The notes under the pieces are model-generated. The model did not search any database and had not been told where the DNA came from. It saw only the letters and a list, made by a program, of their open reading frames with translations. From Pirellula staleyi DSM 6068 (GTDB lineage Bacteria; Planctomycetota; Planctomycetia; Pirellulales; Pirellulaceae): a stretch of DNA of 32,000 bases. The stretch is from assembly GCA_000025185.1 (NCBI GenBank), contig CP001848.1, positions 570,001 through 602,000 of the forward strand, read 5' to 3'. The translations under genes and the position numbers were made by a program. Positions 25,733 through 32,000 of the stretch are shown piece after piece. Numbering within the stretch: position 1 is the first letter of the stretch; each line of letters opens with the position of its first letter.

Positions 25733-26260
25733 TTAAATAGGTGGTCGGATCTTTGCGAGTGCCTCGGGCGGTGTCTCGCGGAGCGATGCCCACCAGCTAA
25801 TCAGTAAAACGACGATGATGGTCGGCAGAAAAATCTGATGTAGCACAACGAATCGGTTCTTTGTCTCCTCAAGATACTCTGAGCGCATGGCTGCGGAACT
25901 CGGGCCAAGATAGCCTGTCAGATTGGCGCTGAAGGTGAATCCCAGCAGCAAGAGAAGGCAAGCGATCTGCATCACCGTTGGCACTGGTCTTGTACGAATG
26001 CCCCGCTGAGCCACCACGCCGATCGCGAGGGGAACTCCGACCCATACGAGGATCAGCATGCCCTGTCCACTCCAGCGATGAAAATCGGGAGTCGCTTCGC
26101 TGCGAAAAATACCCGAGCCTAGGACCGTGGCCTGTACGGCGAGCGTGGCCAGCGCGATCGCCTGTCCTAATTGCCGCGCGAGCTCACGTTCGTAGCGCGA
26201 GGCGATCCAGCCGACCGCAATCATCATCGGGAACAGCACCAGCCGAATCGAGTCGCTCAC
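25733..26260 (-). CDS. Hypothetical integral membrane protein (about 4 TM helices)
   Basis: Hydrophobic helices include IRLVLFPMMIAVGWIA, QAIALATLAVQATVLG, GMLILVWVGVPLAIGVVA, VMQIACLLLLLGFTF and LHQIFLPTIIVVLLISWW. The start at GTG 26260 forms a GTGA overlap with the GNAT stop, which suggests translational coupling. An alternative start is ATG 26227. Confidence 0.5.
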   Translation of the reverse strand: MSDSIRLVLFPMMIAVGWIASRYERELARQLGQAIALATLAVQATVLGSGIFRSEATPDFHRWSGQGMLILVWVGVPLAIGVVAQRGIRTRPVPTVMQIACLLLLLGFTFSANLTGYLGPSSAAMRSEYLEETKNRFVVLHQIFLPTIIVVLLISWWASLRETPPEALAKIRPPI

Positions 26261-26781
26261 GCGGTGGCTCCCAGCGCTGCGTGATACGACACTACTCCAC
26301 GTAGCTTTTGTTCGCCGATCGAGAGCATCTGAAAATACTCGGGAGGTACGCCTTCGAGAACACAGTGGGGATCGTAACGAAATCCAAATCGTCGGTAAAA
26401 CGTGGGCTCGCCAAGCACTACACAACCATGAGCATCGAGTTCACACAAAGCCGCCAGGCCTGCCACCACCAGGGCCGTTCCAATTCCTATCCGCTGATAA
26501 TCGGGATGGACCGAAATCGGACCGAGCCCGAACCATTGCAGTGAACCATCCGTGCAGGTGATGGGCGAAAAGGCGATGTGACCGACGAGCTGTCCCTCGA
26601 TTTCAGCTACAAGCGATACTGAGAGTGCGTCGGCGTTTCGCAGCGCATCGACGATGAAATGCTCGGTGTGACTGGTGTGCTCCGCATCTCGAAACGCTCG
26701 CTCGGTGAGCGATCGGATGGCAGAGAGGTCGGCGCTCGTTTCGGGCCGAATAGTCGGCGAGGCTAGTTCATCGCTTGGCAC
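26257..26781 (-). CDS. GNAT-family N-acetyltransferase (YhbS-like)
   Basis: IRPETSADLSAIRSLTERAF..., LVAEIEGQLVGHIAFSPI, ISVHPDYQRIGIGTALV (acetyl-CoA-binding Q/RxxGxG/A motif) and YYRRFGF are present. Confidence 0.8.
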   Translation of the reverse strand: MPSDELASPTIRPETSADLSAIRSLTERAFRDAEHTSHTEHFIVDALRNADALSVSLVAEIEGQLVGHIAFSPITCTDGSLQWFGLGPISVHPDYQRIGIGTALVVAGLAALCELDAHGCVVLGEPTFYRRFGFRYDPHCVLEGVPPEYFQMLSIGEQKLRGVVSYHAALGATA

Positions 26782-26868
26782 AGAATTTCTCGCGCAGGAC
26801 GTGGGAAACCACCCTCGACAAGATAACGCGCCGCAAGGTTTGCTGGCTATCGACGAGCGATTTTCGTG

Positions 26869-29800
26869 CTACTGACAAGCGCTCGAGGTCAGGAGCGGCT
26901 GCCAATCGATGTCGCTGCGGCAATGCAGCCGCGCTGCCAGCTGCGCAAGGTCGCTTCGATGCTCGATGATCGACGCAGCCAGATGCGCGAGCGACAAACT
27001 CCCCTGCTCCACACAGATCACCAAATCGCTATCCGCCTGCGCTAGAAGGGTTGGATCTTGCGTGAACTGATCTTTCCCGAGACGCTGTCCTACTAGCGAT
27101 GGTGTTAGTCCGGCGGCACTTTTCTGCGGGACAAGGCAGACCAAGCGACGCTCGCCACCAAAGCGACTTTCGGTCGGTAGCATCGAAGTCAGACACTGCG
27201 AAAGCACTGCATTCTTGCCATCCGCACCGTCGCCGCTCGAAGGATCGGTGATCAGCAACCGCGCGAGATCAATCTGCTCGAGTCGCGCCAACAGCACCCG
27301 CCGCAACTGCTGCTGCATCGCTGCGAGAAGCACTTCGCGTTTGTCGTTGCCACCCATGATCATGGCGCGCATGCCGCCAGCCGGTACGATCGTCGATTCC
27401 ATCAACGATTGATCAACTTCAGCCGCGAGGGCGTCGAGGTTCGATACTAGTTGCTCCATCACAGCTTCTTTGAGCTGCAACAGTTGCTCGGCTTGGGGGC
27501 TCGCTTCGCTCTCACTTGCTTCCGCCACTTCGCCAGTGATTTGCTGCGACAGATGCGTTAGTTCTCGACCAAAATCAAAAAGCCAGTCACTAACACCCAG
27601 AAGCGAGCCTTGCACGGCAACCACAAGCTGCCCGGTGAGGGCGCTGTTGGTCTCGATCATCCTGAGTCGGCACAAACGGAGTACTGCGGCTTGCACTTCT
27701 GCAAGCGTTGGCTTCTTGACACCACGGCTCGACTTGGGATCGGGGTGGGCAATTGACTGGAGTGCACGTTCGATTTGAATCGACTCTTGTTCCATCCGAG
27801 TACGCATTTCGCGCAGCTGTCCGCTGATCCCCTTCAAATGCGCTTCGAGCCATTTCACGCTCTTCTGCGCACCACGCAAACGATAGTGAGGATCTTCGAG
27901 CATCATCTCGAACCACTTGCGACAAGTGGCAGTGAAGGGAGCGACGAGGCGCGGCAATTGTTCCTCAATCGCCAAACGGAGCGGGCTGGGCTGAATCGGC
28001 GCTAGTTCATCTCCGAGCACGCGGCGTCCGAACAGATCTCCCACCGCAACGAGCCACGGATCAATCGGTAAATCAGCGCTATTGCCACGATGTTTCAAAA
28101 GCGCTGCAAAGACTTGCTCGGGATCGCCCCCCAGCTGTTCAGCTGCGGCGGCGTGGAGCAAATTCATCAGTGGTTCGAGCGTCAGACCGGCCGACTCGAC
28201 CAGCTGAGCCATTTGCGATTCCACTTCCTTTTCCCGCGACAAAACGGGGGGCGTGACTGTCGTGCTAGGGGATGCACCAAACTGGCGGGTCGACTTCTTG
28301 GGATCGGATTTTTTGACATCACCTTGCCAGCGCTGCACCACAGCTTCGCCGACGCGAGCCGCGATCTTGTCGAGCGCAACATCGTGCGAAAAACCAATCT
28401 GACAAATGCCAAACGTGCGTAGCCAACGCAGCTGCGAGTTATCGACGCTGCTCATTTCGCGCCGGCAACCTTCAAAGAATGCAGCCGATGGCGATTGTGT
28501 TTCGATCGCCAGGAAGTCAGCCACTTTTTGACAAGCCGACTCATACTGCGGAGCGCTCATCTCCAGTCCGAGCGTACTGACATAGACGTGATCAAACGGC
28601 GTTGTGCCGATGGAAGGTGTCTTCAGTCCCAGCGCACCATCGCCAGGATAGACCGCTTCACGATGTTCGAGCTGCGCGAGTTCTTCGAGCAGTGCGAACG
28701 AATTGACTTGCGCAAGCTGCTGCGACTGTGGATTGCGATTCGTACCCGACAGCAGCACACCACTCACACCAGCATGCGCGTGACCAAGTTCGGCCAAGAC
28801 TTGCCGTGCGGCGTAGCCAATGTCGATCACCATGCCGCTTCCGGTTCCGCCAGCGATCGAGGCGACCACAATCACGCGGGGTGAAAGTTGGTTGCTGCTA
28901 CCACTGGAAATTGCCAACTTCATGACTTGTCGCAGCTTGGCCCAAATCAAGTCCGACGAGTCGACCATCGCCAAACGCCCCAGAGGACGAAGCCCTTCGG
29001 TTTGCAGCGAGCGCGGAATGTTGTAGAGCCAGCGGCGCGAGAGCCACTCGAGAATTTTTCGCGAATCGGTGCGATAATCCTGCGTTTTACGAAGGGGAAG
29101 ATGGACCGTATCTTCGGGATCGAGCGCTGCACTGCCGGTCTGCGTCACAGCGCGCGAGAGGTCGCGCGAATCGGTGTCGAGCAGAATCATGGCTGCTTGC
29201 TGTTCTGCAGGAAGATCAGCCTGGCGTTTCCGCAATGCACTCAGCACCCGCCCTGCTGTGCCACCAATCCCAATCACGATGGTGGGTGGAGCCACTTGCT
29301 GCGGCTCGACCTTCAGCGGAGGAAGATCGATCGCGGGAAGAGATGCCTCGAGTCCTTCGAGTGAAGTGGTCCACGGACCACTTGCACGCGGCTCACCCGT
29401 GTCGCTTCCGTATTGCTGAACCAGGTCGCTCGCTGCATCGAGATCGCGCTCGATATCACTCGTGCCACGCGATGTTTGGGCTCGGCCATCGCGCGACGGA
29501 ATTGCGCCGTGCGATTGATGCGCTGTGCGGTCGGTCACATTACCTGAGTCGCTGGCGCCATCATGGTTTTCGGATGGTTTAGCAAGTGCGTGGGCCTGTG
29601 TCTTGCCGAGGGTAGCGCTGTCGCCAGTCACCGGTGTTGCGGGCGAACGTGGAGCAGCAACAGCAGCTTCTGCCGCGCGGCGCGGAGCGCTCTGCAGCAT
29701 CTCGACCAGTTCGCGGCAGCTGTTAAAGCGGTCTTTCGGATTCTTCGATAGCGCGCGCCCCACCACCGTTTGATCGTAGGCCGGGAGTGGCAATAAACGG

Positions 29801-30489
29801 GGACGCGCATTGAGATGCTGGGCAGCGAGCTGCGCTGCTGTTTTCCCGGGAAATGGCAGCATTCCCGTCAGCATCTCTTGATACACAATCGCCAAACTAT
29901 ACTGATCGCTGCGCTTGCTCGGACGCCCTTCAAACACTTCAGGCGGAGCATAAACGGGTGTCAAACCACCCATCATCGAAGCGGTGCAATCTTGAATATC
30001 TTTCACCAGACCGAAGTCGGCCACCTTAATGCGGCCACCCACGATCAGCATGTTCTCGGGTTTCACGTCAAGGTGCTGCAGCGAATGCTGCTCGCTCATG
30101 TAGTCGAGCGCGTCGGCGGCATCGTGCAGATGCTGCAGCAACTCTTCGCGAGCAATACCGGTCTGTCCCGCTTTGCGGCACTGCTCGTAACGATCCTTCA
30201 AACTGCAATCGGCAAGTTCGGTAACGATCAGCAGTTGACTATCGACCACCTCGATCCGCTCGAGCGAGAGCAAGAACGGATGCCGGACACCCTTGATGCG
30301 ATTGAGCGCTTTGAGCTCGCGCGCTGCACGGTCTTCATCGAGCAAGCCGTAGACGAACTTGATCGCCTTGATCAGCTGCCCCGGAGCTTCAGCCGTCCAG
30401 ACTTCGCCGTAGCCGCCAGCGCCAATGCGCTGCACAACCCGGTAGCCAGGAATCGGTTCAGGTGATCGTGAAACGAGTGGGGAAGACAC
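26869..30489 (-). CDS. Ser/Thr protein kinase fused to a tubulin/FtsZ-like GTPase domain (Tubulin_2-like) with long helical C-terminal region
   Basis: GTG start at 30489; an in-frame stop 5 codons upstream leaves no other start. Kinase motifs: GAGGYGEV, AIK, HLDVKPEN, DFG, APPE (aa ~15-270). A low-complexity linker covers aa ~270-400. The tubulin-like region has IVIGIGGTAGR (aa ~404-414) and ASIAGGTGSGMVID (aa 543-556; AGGTGSG = nt 28834-28854). About 500 further aa look mostly helical. Confidence 0.8.
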   Translation of the reverse strand: MSSPLVSRSPEPIPGYRVVQRIGAGGYGEVWTAEAPGQLIKAIKFVYGLLDEDRAARELKALNRIKGVRHPFLLSLERIEVVDSQLLIVTELADCSLKDRYEQCRKAGQTGIAREELLQHLHDAADALDYMSEQHSLQHLDVKPENMLIVGGRIKVADFGLVKDIQDCTASMMGGLTPVYAPPEVFEGRPSKRSDQYSLAIVYQEMLTGMLPFPGKTAAQLAAQHLNARPRLLPLPAYDQTVVGRALSKNPKDRFNSCRELVEMLQSAPRRAAEAAVAAPRSPATPVTGDSATLGKTQAHALAKPSENHDGASDSGNVTDRTAHQSHGAIPSRDGRAQTSRGTSDIERDLDAASDLVQQYGSDTGEPRASGPWTTSLEGLEASLPAIDLPPLKVEPQQVAPPTIVIGIGGTAGRVLSALRKRQADLPAEQQAAMILLDTDSRDLSRAVTQTGSAALDPEDTVHLPLRKTQDYRTDSRKILEWLSRRWLYNIPRSLQTEGLRPLGRLAMVDSSDLIWAKLRQVMKLAISSGSSNQLSPRVIVVASIAGGTGSGMVIDIGYAARQVLAELGHAHAGVSGVLLSGTNRNPQSQQLAQVNSFALLEELAQLEHREAVYPGDGALGLKTPSIGTTPFDHVYVSTLGLEMSAPQYESACQKVADFLAIETQSPSAAFFEGCRREMSSVDNSQLRWLRTFGICQIGFSHDVALDKIAARVGEAVVQRWQGDVKKSDPKKSTRQFGASPSTTVTPPVLSREKEVESQMAQLVESAGLTLEPLMNLLHAAAAEQLGGDPEQVFAALLKHRGNSADLPIDPWLVAVGDLFGRRVLGDELAPIQPSPLRLAIEEQLPRLVAPFTATCRKWFEMMLEDPHYRLRGAQKSVKWLEAHLKGISGQLREMRTRMEQESIQIERALQSIAHPDPKSSRGVKKPTLAEVQAAVLRLCRLRMIETNSALTGQLVVAVQGSLLGVSDWLFDFGRELTHLSQQITGEVAEASESEASPQAEQLLQLKEAVMEQLVSNLDALAAEVDQSLMESTIVPAGGMRAMIMGGNDKREVLLAAMQQQLRRVLLARLEQIDLARLLITDPSSGDGADGKNAVLSQCLTSMLPTESRFGGERRLVCLVPQKSAAGLTPSLVGQRLGKDQFTQDPTLLAQADSDLVICVEQGSLSLAHLAASIIEHRSDLAQLAARLHCRSDIDWQPLLTSSACQ

Positions 30490-30823
30490 CGCTAAGTAAC
30501 CTCAGCCTGCAAGGGGCTTACCATACCTATCGAGGATCGCCGGCACCGAACGAAGACGTTCGTCGAGAAACTTTTGCCTTGCGCGAGCAGGCGAAATTCG
30601 CTCACTCGTAGCGCAAGCGCAGGAAGATCCCGGGGCTTGTTCGTACAAAGAAGTCTTGCTTATTTTTTGGCAAGCGACGAAGAAACGGCACGCAGAGCTT
30701 CGCTCGCTGGCACTCGTTCTCAGCCCGGCGCGATACGACGCGCATGATCGCTACAACAGGCCCCGCAATCGGCTGTCGGGAATGGGCTGATGCGCTACAA
30801 GATCGTTTCTGCCGACCACTCCC

Positions 30824-31987
30824 TTAGGTAGGAAGCCCAACGCCAGGGATGGGCCATTCAATTGTCGTCGGCCGGCCGTAATGATCTCCCTGAGCATAAC
30901 GACAGCCGAGCGAACGACAGGTTTGTGCTTCGTTATCACTATGCACACCAGCCGCCACCAGTTGCGCGCCGATCTCCCCCGCAGCTTCCACAAGCGCTTT
31001 GATCTGACGCTGACGTTCGCTGCTGCGATCAACGCCTCGCGCCAGCGATGGCGAGAGCTTGATAAAGTCAGGAGCGAAGTCCTTTTGACTTTTGATCTGA
31101 TGCTGGCCCCCTGCAAAACCGACGTAAGCAACTCCTAATCCGAGTGCACGAAGACGATCGACAAAGTGGCGAAAGTACGGAATATCAACCACCGCTGAAT
31201 CGGGAATTTCTGCCACAACACGCTTGCCACCACTCACCGACGTGAGCGAAGCAAGAGACAGCGGCAACGCATCGGCTCCCACTTCGGCAGGCTGCAGATT
31301 CAGCAGCAACCACTGCGCGCCGGGCATCGTGGCGGCTTGTTCAGCTGCGAGTAAACGGTGCAGCTGTTGGGCTCGCTCGGTGAGTCGACAATCGGTCGAT
31401 TGCAACAGACGCTCGGCAGTGGTGGGCTCGAGTCCCGCGAGTTGCGGCCGGCGGATCGCTTCATACCCAACAGTGATTCCATCGCGTAAGTCGACGATTG
31501 GCTGAAAACGATTCCGTGCCGCGCGATGCAGCAGCATCTCCTGCTGCGCTCGTACCGCTTTCACGAGCAAAATAGCCGCATCATCGACACCATCCGACAT
31601 CGTTTCACAGGAATCCATCGGCTGCGTTACGGTTTTTCGAGTCGCCTCATCTCCCTTGGAATGAAAGCTAAACTCGACATCCGCTATCACCAACAAATCG
31701 CCATCGTGCAGCACCGTTTCGTCGATCTTCTGACCGTTCAAAACGGTACCGTTGGTACTCTTCAGATCGCGGACGCGAAACTGCGAGCCGTCGAACAAAA
31801 TCTCGGCATGCTCGCGTGATACTTTCGACGACAAGATCTGATAGTCGCACGATTCGTTCCGTCCCACCGTGAACGGAAACTGCTCGAGAGGGATCTGTTC
31901 CACCTGCCCCGAGGAGTCGCTCCGCTGAAGCCACGGAGTGAGCGTTTGCGTCGCGGAAAGCATCTTTGTGCGCATATGCACTGCCAC
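30824..31987 (-). CDS. FHA domain + degenerate EAL domain protein
   Basis: FHA motifs: TVGRNES, VSREHAEI, VRDLKSTNGTVLNGQKI. The EAL fold is recognisable from FQPIVDLRDGITVGYEAIRR, LLLNL, VVAEIPDS, VGFAGG, FIKLS, VAAGVHS and AQGDHYG. The listed start is GTG 31987 and an ATG lies at 31975. The frame is still open to the window edge, so the true start could lie beyond 32000. Confidence 0.75.
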   Translation of the reverse strand: MAVHMRTKMLSATQTLTPWLQRSDSSGQVEQIPLEQFPFTVGRNESCDYQILSSKVSREHAEILFDGSQFRVRDLKSTNGTVLNGQKIDETVLHDGDLLVIADVEFSFHSKGDEATRKTVTQPMDSCETMSDGVDDAAILLVKAVRAQQEMLLHRAARNRFQPIVDLRDGITVGYEAIRRPQLAGLEPTTAERLLQSTDCRLTERAQQLHRLLAAEQAATMPGAQWLLLNLQPAEVGADALPLSLASLTSVSGGKRVVAEIPDSAVVDIPYFRHFVDRLRALGLGVAYVGFAGGQHQIKSQKDFAPDFIKLSPSLARGVDRSSERQRQIKALVEAAGEIGAQLVAAGVHSDNEAQTCRSLGCRYAQGDHYGRPTTIEWPIPGVGLPT

Positions 31988-32000
31988 CTTGCCCGCAGAA

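Noticed and set aside
29815-30465. 216-aa plus-strand ORF
   Set aside because: It lies antisense to the kinase domain, whose motifs read cleanly on the minus strand.
1-32000. CRISPR arrays, IS elements, integrases, phage genes and recognisable defence-system genes
   Set aside because: I saw no regularly spaced direct repeats. No transposase, integrase, recombinase or nuclease-like ORFs are in the ORF track. There are no terminal inverted repeats flanking a compositional island. The window looks like core chromosome.

Overview
High-GC bacterial chromosomal window. The gene content suggests Planctomycetota: BatA_N/vWA membrane proteins, secreted PF12831-type flavoproteins, many Ser/Thr-kinase and FHA genes, and weak Shine-Dalgarno usage. 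That assignment is an inference from content only. I call 24 protein-coding genes in alternating strand blocks. By eye I found no rRNA, tRNA, tmRNA, CRISPR array, transposase or integrase. Housekeeping genes are sqr (5'-truncated by the window edge), a lipB-like/lipA/lipoyl-domain operon, smpB and infA. Other content is a MacB/LolD-type ABC pair, a BatA_N/vWA membrane pair, two tandem NfeD paralogues, a REC-RsbW-like kinase with a STAS partner, a DUF255 thioredoxin-domain protein and a GNAT. The best candidate for an undescribed system lies at about 24.9-32.0 kb. There, a 1206-aa protein fuses an intact Hanks-type Ser/Thr kinase to a tubulin/FtsZ-like GTPase domain with an exact AGGTGSG signature. 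An FHA + degenerate-EAL protein sits upstream of it. A GNAT and a membrane protein follow it on the same strand. A divergently transcribed small FHA protein next to these has an acidic tail ending in a motif that resembles the FtsZ C-terminal peptide. Other oddities: (1) a Flp-prepilin-like leader (G/XXXXEY) fused to a second TM helix and a cytoplasmic CBS pair; (2) an intact lipA flanked by a LipB homologue that seems to lack the Lys/Cys catalytic dyad and by a lipoyl-domain protein with Glu in place of the lipoyl-lysine; (3) a 1.3-kb gene-poor gap carrying a TATAAT box, palindromes and an intrinsic-terminator-like hairpin, which may encode an sRNA. All domain calls come from reading motifs by hand. 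No database search was run.
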